This document shows, piece after piece, positions 9,484 to 18,456 of a stretch of 41,544 bases of DNA. The position numbers and the translations under genes are program-made. Position 1 is the stretch's first letter. Each line of letters starts with the position of its first letter. Source of the stretch: Clostridia bacterium (GTDB taxonomy: Bacteria > Bacillota > Clostridia > Oscillospirales > CAG-382); NCBI GenBank assembly GCA_017630915.1, contig JAGBUH010000115.1, positions 1-41,544 of the forward strand, read 5' to 3'. The notes beneath the pieces were generated by a model. It did not search any database. It was not told where the DNA came from and saw only the letters and a list, made by a program, of their open reading frames with translations.

Positions 9484-9514
9484 AAAGCCAACGTGAAAAT
9501 CACGTTGGCTTTTT
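9484..9514. terminator. Intrinsic terminator hairpin after the DUF624 gene
   Basis: AAAGCCAACGTGA(9484-9496)/TCACGTTGGCTTT(9500-9512), 13-bp stem. Confidence 0.8.
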
Positions 9515-9519
9515 GAATT

Positions 9520-10509
9520 TTATCCTCTATCTACAAATACAGGTTCTGTTGTGGACCAAGGGTCTTCGGGACGTTCATCGGGATGATCTTCATAATAAGG
9601 ATCAATTACATATCGTTTTATAATCGGATATGCGCAGTAAACTCCAATATATGTTAAGAATGAAAAAGCAAACATACATAACAGTAAAACAGAAAACTGC
9701 GGTAAAAGAATGTATGCATACAGGAATGCAAAAATAAAAGCAAGAGCGCCAATCAATCCGATGAAATTGCGCTTGAAGCCAAGCACAGTTAACAAAAATG
9801 CATTCTTAATCATCTTCCCTATTGTCATTTCACATGTTACAAGTTGAAGGTAGATGTAGAATCTCATTATATAATAAATAACTGCAAACACTATTGAAGC
9901 ATAGAAAAACACCAAAAATATAAATTCTGCAGATTCAGAACGATATGCAAAAATGTCATATACTAACAAACATATCAGCAAAGCGTCCATTATACCGATA
10001 ACGATACCTTGTTTAAAGTTTCGTTTTATAGAATAAAAGAAGTCGTTCCAAGTATCAACGTGTTCTCCGGTGCAAACATTTCTGATGTTATATACCATGC
10101 CAATGGTAGATAAGCCAAACGTAATGACCAATGTGAAAATGCTATACATCAAATAACGAGATATATCAGAAATTACTCTCCATTCGACCGATGCACAATA
10201 AATACTGTATAGTGATGCTATGGCAGGACTACTGTCATTCTTTGTTGCAGCGCTTATTTGCGTATATAGTGGATTTGCAGCGGTAGGAGCTGTATCATCG
10301 AGTATACCCGATAAACCAAACAACGCAACAAATAAAAATATATTACAAAGCGCAAATATCAAATTGGTTGCAGAGAACTTTCCTAACCTTGTTTTTAAAA
10401 GGCGAAAGAAAAAGCCCAAGCCTAATTTCTTATCAAATTCGACCTGTTTTTTTGTGACGCCTTTCCCGGATTTATTTGAACCGGAAAAAAAATCGTATAT
10501 CTTGCCCAT
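9520..10509 (-). CDS. DUF624/YesL-family membrane protein
   Basis: Multiple TM segments; WNDFFYSIKRNFKQG and KMIKNAFLL motifs typical of YesL/DUF624. Confidence 0.75.
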   Translation of the reverse strand: MGKIYDFFSGSNKSGKGVTKKQVEFDKKLGLGFFFRLLKTRLGKFSATNLIFALCNIFLFVALFGLSGILDDTAPTAANPLYTQISAATKNDSSPAIASLYSIYCASVEWRVISDISRYLMYSIFTLVITFGLSTIGMVYNIRNVCTGEHVDTWNDFFYSIKRNFKQGIVIGIMDALLICLLVYDIFAYRSESAEFIFLVFFYASIVFAVIYYIMRFYIYLQLVTCEMTIGKMIKNAFLLTVLGFKRNFIGLIGALAFIFAFLYAYILLPQFSVLLLCMFAFSFLTYIGVYCAYPIIKRYVIDPYYEDHPDERPEDPWSTTEPVFVDRG

Positions 10510-10518
10510 TATTTATCC

Positions 10519-11421
10519 TCATGCGCGTGGGTGGAATTTAATGTAACTGTTTTTCATTTTATCTTTAAGGAATTGAGCATAACGTTGCGTAGAAGCAATG
10601 TCGGAATGCCCAAGAATCACTTGAATATCATGTATGTCGGCGCCGTTTTCGAGCAAATGCGCCGCAAAAGAGTGTCTTAAAGTGTGCGGGGTTATGGACT
10701 TTTTTATGCCCGCCGACTGCGTGTAACTCTTTAAAATCTTCCAAAAACCCTGTCTTGTCATTCTTTCGCCGGTTACATTCACAAAAAGTGCTTTTTCGCG
10801 CGAATCTGAAACGAACATTTTTCTCGATTTATCCAAATAAGTGGAGACAGCTTTAACCGCAATAGGATAAATCGGGATAAAACGTTCCTTATCGTCAGAA
10901 CCGCAACGTATGAAAGAAAGTTGCGTATTTACGTCATCAATATTTAATCCGATAAGTTCGGACACTTTGATGCCCGTAGCATAAAGAATTTCCAACATTG
11001 CTTTATCACGCATACCTTTTATATCGGTTGTATCGGGTTGTGCCAACAATGTTTCGACCTCTTTGGATGTTAATACCATGAGTTCTTTCTTCTCTACCTT
11101 GTCATTATGAACCGCTTTTGCAGGGTTTGATTCACAAATGCCGTTAGATATTAAATATTGATACAAACTTCTCATCGATGACAACGTACGGCTGACAGAA
11201 GACGCAGAAAGACCTTTTGCGGTCAGATAACGCTTGAAATCGGCTACAGTATCGGAATCAACAGAAGAAAAATCATCAATACGTTCGTCAAGAGCATAGT
11301 CGAGAAACTTTTCGAGGTCGCGTCTATATGCTTGGACAGTATTATCAGAGGATTTTTTGACATCCCTTAAAAAACCGAGAAAATTATTAAGTTGTGAGGT
11401 TAGATTTTCACAACCAATCAT
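10519..11421 (-). CDS. xerD: XerD-type tyrosine recombinase with altered catalytic residues
   Basis: AYRRDL, RQGFW (XerD RQ signature), PHTLRHSFA, LGH, STQRY, C-terminal HPRA; spoIIM-xerD synteny; TGIKVSEL replaces TGxRVSEL. Confidence 0.9.
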   Translation of the reverse strand: MIGCENLTSQLNNFLGFLRDVKKSSDNTVQAYRRDLEKFLDYALDERIDDFSSVDSDTVADFKRYLTAKGLSASSVSRTLSSMRSLYQYLISNGICESNPAKAVHNDKVEKKELMVLTSKEVETLLAQPDTTDIKGMRDKAMLEILYATGIKVSELIGLNIDDVNTQLSFIRCGSDDKERFIPIYPIAVKAVSTYLDKSRKMFVSDSREKALFVNVTGERMTRQGFWKILKSYTQSAGIKKSITPHTLRHSFAAHLLENGADIHDIQVILGHSDIASTQRYAQFLKDKMKNSYIKFHPRA

Positions 11422-11426
11422 TTTAA

Positions 11427-12047
11427 CTATCCTACCATTAAAAAATTGATAATATAACTATAAGTAATTGATATTAAATAAGTATCAATACAAGAAAAAA
11501 GTAAAAATAAAACTATGGGTTTGGATTTTTGGTATGCACTCTTCCCTTTTGAGGTGAACTTTGCAAAGAGAAATGATTCACACAAAAGTATTATTACCAA
11601 AAAGGAAAAAACTGATAAGAGACATAAAAACAACAAATAAATCATTCTATCAGAAAAAGTAAAATATGAATGCATACTATATTGTATAACGCCTATAAAG
11701 AAAGCATACATACAACATAAGAATGCAGGAATGATTTTTCCAAAAATTGAAAACGACGAAAGTGTCGTAATCACCAAAGAGCCGATTAGGAAAATGAGCG
11801 TCGTTTCATCAAAAAGAATATCATAAACATAACAAAATACAAAACTGCTTTTAGCGGCAATGCATGAGCCTAAGAATATAAATAAAAAATATTCTATCAA
11901 AAAGAAAGATAGTAACCTACTTCGTTTTAAAAACAAAACTTTTAAAAGGTCATACAATTTTTGTAAGATATTTGTTACATATCCTTTGTTGGTGTTAGTA
12001 TCGCCGACATAGATCGTTAGTGCACGAGAAGTATTGTCCACATTCAT
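11427..12047 (-). CDS. Membrane protein, probable divergent stage II sporulation protein M
   Basis: About 5 TM segments, 206 aa, directly upstream of xerD as in the conserved spoIIM-xerD order; sequence motifs are weak. Confidence 0.5.
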   Translation of the reverse strand: MNVDNTSRALTIYVGDTNTNKGYVTNILQKLYDLLKVLFLKRSRLLSFFLIEYFLFIFLGSCIAAKSSFVFCYVYDILFDETTLIFLIGSLVITTLSSFSIFGKIIPAFLCCMYAFFIGVIQYSMHSYFTFSDRMIYLLFLCLLSVFSFLVIILLCESFLFAKFTSKGKSAYQKSKPIVLFLLFSCIDTYLISITYSYIINFLMVG

Positions 12048-12090
12048 TTTTTATCACCAATAAAGGTTTATGCGGACAAGTATAAAATAA

Positions 12091-12912
12091 TTACAGTTCT
12101 AACGCGATTTCATCAGCACGCTTTGTACACGCATTCATTGCCCTATCAATTGCGCCGCTGAAATCATCATCATAAAAAGAATTTAAAGCGGCGAGTGTGG
12201 TACCGTTGGGAGAAGCGACATTTTTGATTAACTGTTCAATAGAATCGCTGCTCTTTTCAATCATTGTAACTGAACCCTTAATTGTTTTTAAAATCAAAGG
12301 CAAAGCAACTTCGTTGGAAATACCTTGCTTTTCGGCTGCATCGAGCATGGATTTGACGAATAAATAAACATACGCAGGCGAAGAACCGTGAACAGAGATT
12401 ATAGGATTCATTTGCGCCTCGTCTATAATCGCAATATGCGAAATAGCTGACATCATTCTGCAAAAGAATTCAAAATCGCGTGTATTGACCAATTCATTAT
12501 GCGTAATTGCAAGAACGCCTTCACCTACCAAAATGGGTGTGCTGGGCATAGTACGAATGACTGCAATGTTACGACCTGCGGATTCGACGATATGCTTTAT
12601 GGAAACAGCAGCAGCAAACGAAACGAAAACCACACGTTCAAGCAGGTTATCAAATTCGCTCAACTGCTTCATAACACTTTTAACGATAGCGGGTTTAACC
12701 GCCAAGAAAACGATTTCGGCATCATTCACTGCAACAGAAAGTTCGGTGGTAGTGTTGATTCCTAACTCGTTGAATTTGGTGAATTTTGAAGCATCTATAT
12801 CATAAACTGTAACGTATTTTGCCGGTATCGTGCCAGAGGATACTAAACCACAAGCAACTGCACCGGCGATGTTTCCGCCGCCAATGAACAAAAGGTTTTT
12901 ATAATGCGACAT
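12091..12912 (-). CDS. proC: Pyrroline-5-carboxylate reductase
   Basis: FIGGGNIA, LAVKP, RTMPSTP, GSSPAY, VASPNGTT; start moved to ATG 12912, which follows a GAGGG RBS. Confidence 0.95.
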   Translation of the reverse strand: MSHYKNLLFIGGGNIAGAVACGLVSSGTIPAKYVTVYDIDASKFTKFNELGINTTTELSVAVNDAEIVFLAVKPAIVKSVMKQLSEFDNLLERVVFVSFAAAVSIKHIVESAGRNIAVIRTMPSTPILVGEGVLAITHNELVNTRDFEFFCRMMSAISHIAIIDEAQMNPIISVHGSSPAYVYLFVKSMLDAAEKQGISNEVALPLILKTIKGSVTMIEKSSDSIEQLIKNVASPNGTTLAALNSFYDDDFSGAIDRAMNACTKRADEIALEL

Positions 12913-12948
12913 ATTATGTCCCTCGCATTTCGAATTCGTGCAATATTT

Positions 12949-12977
12949 ATAATAATATAAATCTCTTATTATTTCAA
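12949..12977 (-). promoter_or_regulatory. Candidate sigma-A promoter for proC
   Basis: TTGAAA-17 bp-TATTAT on the minus strand. Confidence 0.55.
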
Positions 12978-13008
12978 GTGTTTTTAATAAAATAATCCAA
13001 AATTGTGG

Positions 13009-13046
13009 ATTATGTAGCATAATTATGTAAACATAATTATGTAAAC
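13009..13046. repeat. 14-bp tandem repeat CATAATTATGTAAA x2 plus a partial third copy
   Basis: Copies at 13018-13031 and 13032-13045; partial ATTATGTA at 13009-13016. Confidence 0.85.
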
Positions 13047-13090
13047 CATGTCAACGTGTGCCTTATTTGGTGTTGGCACCTTGCGAGTAT

Positions 13091-13104
13091 AACAATATAT
13101 TGTT
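13091..13104. promoter_or_regulatory. Palindrome AACAATATATTGTT (NrdR-box-like)
   Basis: Perfect 14-bp palindrome; shares the 13-mer AACAATATATTGT with positions 41-53. Confidence 0.4.
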
Positions 13105-13192
13105 TTTGTCAAAATATGACAGTTTTTTTATACCTATTTCGTCAAACGAAAAACAGCATTTTGCACAAATGCATTTTGGGTGAATTATTGTA

Positions 13193-13221
13193 TTGAAAAA
13201 AATTTCTTTCGATGTTATAAT
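13193..13221 (+). promoter_or_regulatory. sigma-A promoter (extended -10) for the RluA-family gene
   Basis: TTGAAA(13193-13198)-17 bp-TATAAT(13216-13221) with TG at 13213-13214. Confidence 0.8.
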
Positions 13222-13257
13222 ATTTACACCATTTTAAATTTATTTCGCGAGGTCAAT

Positions 13258-14205
13258 ATGCGAGAAATTAACATAGGCAAGAACGATGCAGGACAAAGAT
13301 TGGATAAGTTTCTTACAAAGAAATTTAAAAATCTTCCGATGTCTATGATGTATAAATTGATACGCAAGAAGAAAATAACAGTCAACAGAAAACGTGCAAA
13401 GGAAAACCAAATTCTTGTAGAAGGCGATTTGTTATTGATATTTGCACCTGATGATCTCTTTGATGAAAATTCTCCAAAACGTATTGTAACAAAAGGTATT
13501 GTAAACATCGCTTATGAAGATGAAAATATTTTAATAGCGGATAAAGAATCGGGGCTTCTCGTTCATTCTGATTCAAACGAAGAGGGCGATACTCTTATAG
13601 ACCGTATAACAGCTTATCTCATCGAAAAGGGTGAGTTTAACCCCGAAAACGAAAACAGTTTTGCCCCTGCCCTATGCAACAGAATAGATAGAAATACCGA
13701 GGGGCTTGTTATCGCCGCGAAAAATGCTCCTGCTTTACGTGAGATGAATGAGATTATCAAGGAAAGAAAAATTCAAAAAATCTACCTTGCAGCTGTGCAC
13801 GGTGTTATAATCCCCAAAAACGGCGAAATAAAACTTAATCTTCAAAAAGATTCAACGAATAATATTGTACGTGTTAAAGATAAAGAATCGCGCGATACGA
13901 AGTATGCAATCACTAAATATAACACAGTTTCTATTTCTCGTAACAAAGATTATTCTCTTTTGGAAATTGAATTGATTACCGGCAGAACGCATCAAATCCG
14001 CGCCTCTTTTGCTCATATCGGACACCCTCTGGTTGGTGACGGAAAATATGCGGTAAATAAAAAGGACCGTGAGATCGGTTATAAATCTCAGGCCCTATGT
14101 GCGTATTCTGTAACATTTATTGGTTGTAAAAAAAGCGCAACCCTTGGCTATCTTGACGGTTTAACCGTCAATGCAAAGAAACCGCGCTTTTTATCGCTAT
14201 TTTAA
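13258..14205 (+). CDS. RluA-family (RluC/RluD-like) 23S rRNA pseudouridine synthase
   Basis: S4 domain (GQRLDKFL), CNRIDRNTEG with catalytic Asp, TGRTHQIR, HPLVGDGKY; start at ATG 13258 after GAGG. Confidence 0.93.
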   Translation: MREINIGKNDAGQRLDKFLTKKFKNLPMSMMYKLIRKKKITVNRKRAKENQILVEGDLLLIFAPDDLFDENSPKRIVTKGIVNIAYEDENILIADKESGLLVHSDSNEEGDTLIDRITAYLIEKGEFNPENENSFAPALCNRIDRNTEGLVIAAKNAPALREMNEIIKERKIQKIYLAAVHGVIIPKNGEIKLNLQKDSTNNIVRVKDKESRDTKYAITKYNTVSISRNKDYSLLEIELITGRTHQIRASFAHIGHPLVGDGKYAVNKKDREIGYKSQALCAYSVTFIGCKKSATLGYLDGLTVNAKKPRFLSLF

Positions 14206-15497
14206 ATTTCGTTAGCTATAATATCTTCGTATGTTTGACGTTTAACAACAAGTCGTTCATTACCGTTTGATATAGAAACCATTGCAGGTTTAGGAACTCG
14301 GTTGTAATTTGACGACATTGCATAGTTATATGCGCCTGTAACAGCAACCGCGAGGATATCACCGCGAGAGAAGTTTTGAAGTTTGATTTCATCGCTCAAA
14401 ACATCTCCGCTTTCACAGCAACGGCCTGCGATGGTGCCTAATTCTTCGGGTTCGCTATTCGCATTACTTGCGTTGTAGAATGTATACTTTGATTGATACA
14501 ATGCAAATCTGGGGTTATCGCACATACCACCGTCAATGCAGACGTATTTCTTGTAACCCTTGATTTCCTTTACAGAACCGACGGTATAAAGCGTCATACC
14601 GGCATTTGCAGCAATGTATCTGCCCATTTCAAAAAGGAATATAGGTTTATCCAAACCTCTTTCGGAAACGAGCTCGTCGAGCTCGTTTTTAATTTCGCAC
14701 ATTATTTCATCAATATCGGACTTGGAATCGCTTTCTACGTAACGAACGCCAATACCACCGCCGAGATTGATTTTTTTGAACGAATAACCAAGTTCATTTT
14801 TGACCAATAATGCAAAGTCGAGCATATTCTTTGCCGCATCTGTAAACGGGTACTTATCAAAAATTTGGCTTCCGATATGGCAATGAATACCTTCAAGATT
14901 TATATTTTTACAATTAAGTGCCGCGCTTACAAATTCAAACGCTTGACCTGTTTCGATAGGTAAACCGAATTTCGAATCGACGTTACCTGTAACTACCGCG
15001 CGGTGAGTATGAGGATCTATACCGGGTGAGAGGCGAAGCAAAATGTTTTGCACCACTCCCCTTTTAGCCGCCTCGTCATTAAGGAAATACAACTCATCGA
15101 AATTATCAACAACGAAACAGCCAATATTGTTATCAAGTGCGTATGTAATTTCGAATTCGGTTTTATTATTTCCGTGGAAATATACTTTTTCAGCAGGAAA
15201 ACCAACACTTAGCGCGGTATAAAGTTCACCGCCCGAAACAACATCTATCCCTAACCCTTCGCTGTTGATAATACGATAAATGTCCTTATAACAAAGGGCT
15301 TTGCTTGCATACAGAGGTAAACTTTCCGAACCAAAATACTTTTCAACAGTCGACTTATATTTACGGCAGTTTTCACGTATTTTGTTTTCGTCGATAAGAT
15401 ACAACGGTGTACCGTATTTTTTTGCAAGCTCAACAACATCTGCATCTGCAAAAGCAAGATGTCCGTTATCTAATACAGATATATTATTGTGTATCAT
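14202..15497 (-). CDS. lysA: Diaminopimelate decarboxylase
   Basis: YGTPLY, YASKA (PLP Lys), DSKFG, HCHIGSQ, GRCCESGD, GAYNYAMSSNYNR; start 15497 after GGAGG. Confidence 0.96.
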   Translation of the reverse strand: MIHNNISVLDNGHLAFADADVVELAKKYGTPLYLIDENKIRENCRKYKSTVEKYFGSESLPLYASKALCYKDIYRIINSEGLGIDVVSGGELYTALSVGFPAEKVYFHGNNKTEFEITYALDNNIGCFVVDNFDELYFLNDEAAKRGVVQNILLRLSPGIDPHTHRAVVTGNVDSKFGLPIETGQAFEFVSAALNCKNINLEGIHCHIGSQIFDKYPFTDAAKNMLDFALLVKNELGYSFKKINLGGGIGVRYVESDSKSDIDEIMCEIKNELDELVSERGLDKPIFLFEMGRYIAANAGMTLYTVGSVKEIKGYKKYVCIDGGMCDNPRFALYQSKYTFYNASNANSEPEELGTIAGRCCESGDVLSDEIKLQNFSRGDILAVAVTGAYNYAMSSNYNRVPKPAMVSISNGNERLVVKRQTYEDIIANEI

Positions 15498-16116
15498 CAG
15501 TACCTCCAAGAGCCATTTCGATAATTCTTTGCCAAAGTGTATCTCTACCCGTTCCCTTTAAAGATGAATAGAGTATAACCTCGGTATTACTGCGCAAAAC
15601 ACCACTTGATAACAATTTTGCGCATGCCTCGTTAAGTTGGGTTTTGTTAAGTTTGTCACATTTCGTGGCAACAACCATATATGGAACATTATAATGGTCA
15701 AGATATCCCAACATCATCTTGTCGTCTTCTGTTATCCCAACACGGATATCAATAAGTTGCAACACGTATGTGAGCGCAGAATTATCAACAAAATAATGTT
15801 CTGTCAATGCAGACCACTTATTTATATCGCTTTTTGCGCGCCTTGCAAATCCGTAACCCGGAAGGTCTACAAGGCAAAGTTTATTGTCCACCTCGTAATA
15901 ATTCACGGTAATAGTTTTACCCGGCTCGGAAGATACTCTTGCGAGCTTTTTTCTGCCTAAAAGCGAATTTATGAGTGAACTTTTACCCACGTTAGAACGT
16001 CCTACAAACGCAATCTGAGGGATACCGCCTTTGATCAATTGCCACGGCAGTCCGGCAGTCATTTTTAAATCGGTTTTATGTAGGTTTAAACCACCAAAAG
16101 ACATTTCCATTTTCAA
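15484..16116 (-). CDS. engB: Ribosome biogenesis GTPase YihA/YsxC
   Basis: GRSNVGKSS, PGKT, DLPGYG, TKCDK; follows lon; start may be 16110. Confidence 0.95.
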   Translation of the reverse strand: MKMEMSFGGLNLHKTDLKMTAGLPWQLIKGGIPQIAFVGRSNVGKSSLINSLLGRKKLARVSSEPGKTITVNYYEVDNKLCLVDLPGYGFARRAKSDINKWSALTEHYFVDNSALTYVLQLIDIRVGITEDDKMMLGYLDHYNVPYMVVATKCDKLNKTQLNEACAKLLSSGVLRSNTEVILYSSLKGTGRDTLWQRIIEMALGGTDDTQ

Positions 16117-18443
16117 TTATTCAACGCGATTTCCAATACTTCCGATATATGTTTTACCGGAATAAATTGAAGCGCGTTTTTAACCTCCGAATCAAATTGT
16201 TCGATATCCGATTGGTTTTCAAACGGAATAATCACTTTGGTTGCACCGCATTTATATGCCGCCATTGATTTTTCTTTCAAGCCGCCTATTGGCAGAACTC
16301 TACCCGTTAGCGTTATCTCACCCGTCATACATACGTCACGTTTTACGCTCTTACCGGTGAGTTCGCTAACAAGCGCAGTAGCAATGGTAATTCCGGCAGA
16401 CGGACCATCTTTCGGAATTGCGCCTTCGGGTACGTGAATATGAATGTCAAGATTGGAGTAAAACATTTCATCTACTCCTAATTCATCACAATGCTTACGT
16501 ATATAGCTTACGGCGGCACGTGCGCTTTCTTTCATGACGTCGCCGAGATGTCCCGTAAGTTCGAGTTTACCGCTTCCCTTCATCGAGCTGCATTCTATTC
16601 TAAGCATATCACCGCCAAGATATGTCCACGCAAGACCGTTAACAATACCCACTTCATCGGTATCGTATATGCTATCGGGAATAAACTTTTGCGGACCGAG
16701 CATGGAACGAATCGTAGGAACGTTCACATTGACCTTGGTTTCACCCTCTACGATGCGTTTTGCACTTTTACGACATACTGATGCGATCTCGCGTTCCAAT
16801 CCTCTCACGCCGTTTTCGCGAGTGTAGGAGGTTATAAGCTCTTTGACAGCTTCTTCATTGAATCGACATTGCGAAGCTTTTAGTCCGTGAAGTTTTAATT
16901 GTTTCGGTATAAGATGATTTTGGGCAATAGAAAGCTTTTCTTTGTCCGAATAACTACCCATGTTGATGATTTCAAGTCTGTCGAGAAGGGGCGCAGGGAT
17001 AGTTTCGGTTGTATTTGCTGTTGCAATAAATAAACATTCCGAAAGATCTACCGGAATTTCAATAAAGTTATCGCGAAACGCATTATTTTGTTCAACATCG
17101 AGCACTTCTAACATAGCACTTGTCGGGTCACCGTGCGAATCTTTGGTGAGTTTATCTAACTCATCAAATAACATAACGGGATTTGACGTTCCCGCCAATT
17201 TCAAAGCATTTATAACTCTACCCGGCATGGAACCTATATAGGTTCTTCTATGACCTCTGATTTCCGCTTCGTCACGAATACCGCCGAGCGAGATTCGAAC
17301 AAATTTGCGGTTAGTAGCACGAGCGATAGATTTTACTATCGAAGTTTTACCTACACCAGGAGGGCCGACGAAACATAGAATTTGACCTTTTAAATCGGGC
17401 TTTAATTGCTTAACAGAAAGAAATTCAAGTATTCTTTCTTTAACCTTTTCTATTCCGTCATGGTCTTTATCAAGAATTTTCTTAGCAGCACTTATATCAA
17501 GCCTATCCTTGCTCTTTTTATTCCAAGGAAGTTCAAGACATGTTTCGATATAATTACGAATTACGGTCGCTTCGGGGGTTCCGAAAGGCATCTTTACCAA
17601 TTTAGAATTTTCGGAAAGCAATTTTTCCTCGATTTCATTAGGTAAATTAGCTGATTTGATTTTAGAGTAATATTCGTCGCTATCTTCGGTATCCTCATTA
17701 GTTGCATCTTCGCCAAGTTCGTTACGTATAGCGCGCATTTGCTCACGCAGATACATATCGCGTTGTTGTTTTTGAAGATTATGGCGTACCTTTTGTTGGA
17801 TATTATTTTCCAAATTAAATATTTCGATATCTTTTTCGAAAATTTCGCATAACTTTCTTATACGTTTGGTTGTATCATATTCTTCAAGTAAGATTTTACG
17901 TTCATCAAAATTTACAATGAAATTACTTGCAAGAAAGTCCGCTATTTGAGAAGAATCATGAAGTTTATTAACTTCCTCAACAATCTCTTCCGATGGTTTT
18001 GCAATATAGTTTAAATATTCTGTAAAAACTTCGAGAAGTTCTTTTGTTGCAATGCGTTCTTGCGTAAATGAAGATGTTCGTCTTAATTGACGTTCAACGA
18101 TTTCACAACTGATAAGGTCATCAGTGATAAAAGTTTCGCCGCGTTCTGCTCTTCTAATACCCTCAACGACAACCTGTATGCCGCCGTCTTTTAAACGTGC
18201 AGTATGAAGAATACGCGCAACAACACCCGTTTTCATCAAGTCGTTTGACTTGGGTTCAACAATGGAAGGATCTTCCTGCGTTACAAGGAACAACGGTGCG
18301 TCAGCATTTTCTGCATTTTTTAACGCGTTTATAGATATTTTTCTGCCTATTTCAAAACTCGCCGTTGTTCCGGGAAAAATAACTATACCACGTAAAGCAA
18401 TTGTATTTAAAATTTGTTTTTCTGTGTCTAAAATTAAAGCCAT
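16113..18443 (-). CDS. lon: ATP-dependent Lon protease
   Basis: GPPGVGKTS, RGHRRTYIGSMPG, PKDGPSAG (catalytic Ser), GGLKEK (catalytic Lys); start 18443 after GGAGA. Confidence 0.97.
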   Translation of the reverse strand: MALILDTEKQILNTIALRGIVIFPGTTASFEIGRKISINALKNAENADAPLFLVTQEDPSIVEPKSNDLMKTGVVARILHTARLKDGGIQVVVEGIRRAERGETFITDDLISCEIVERQLRRTSSFTQERIATKELLEVFTEYLNYIAKPSEEIVEEVNKLHDSSQIADFLASNFIVNFDERKILLEEYDTTKRIRKLCEIFEKDIEIFNLENNIQQKVRHNLQKQQRDMYLREQMRAIRNELGEDATNEDTEDSDEYYSKIKSANLPNEIEEKLLSENSKLVKMPFGTPEATVIRNYIETCLELPWNKKSKDRLDISAAKKILDKDHDGIEKVKERILEFLSVKQLKPDLKGQILCFVGPPGVGKTSIVKSIARATNRKFVRISLGGIRDEAEIRGHRRTYIGSMPGRVINALKLAGTSNPVMLFDELDKLTKDSHGDPTSAMLEVLDVEQNNAFRDNFIEIPVDLSECLFIATANTTETIPAPLLDRLEIINMGSYSDKEKLSIAQNHLIPKQLKLHGLKASQCRFNEEAVKELITSYTRENGVRGLEREIASVCRKSAKRIVEGETKVNVNVPTIRSMLGPQKFIPDSIYDTDEVGIVNGLAWTYLGGDMLRIECSSMKGSGKLELTGHLGDVMKESARAAVSYIRKHCDELGVDEMFYSNLDIHIHVPEGAIPKDGPSAGITIATALVSELTGKSVKRDVCMTGEITLTGRVLPIGGLKEKSMAAYKCGATKVIIPFENQSDIEQFDSEVKNALQFIPVKHISEVLEIALNN

Positions 18444-18456
18444 AATATCTCCATGT

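Noticed and set aside
10519-11421. Integrase of a prophage or ICE
   Set aside because: XerD signatures, housekeeping proC/spoIIM context, and no att repeats, tRNA or mobile genes nearby
13006-13047. Canonical 28-bp dif site
   Set aside because: XerD-like right arms are present, but the left arms (TGGATTATGTA, TAATTATGTAA) do not resemble known XerC arms; kept only as possible XerD half-sites
12913-13257. oriC or DnaA-box cluster
   Set aside because: Only one 1-mismatch and one 2-mismatch DnaA-like box, and no dnaA/dnaN; also the extended proC (13020) and rlu (13180) starts are not supported by RBSs
15484-15520. Lysine riboswitch upstream of lysA
   Set aside because: The lysA start overlaps the engB coding sequence, leaving no leader
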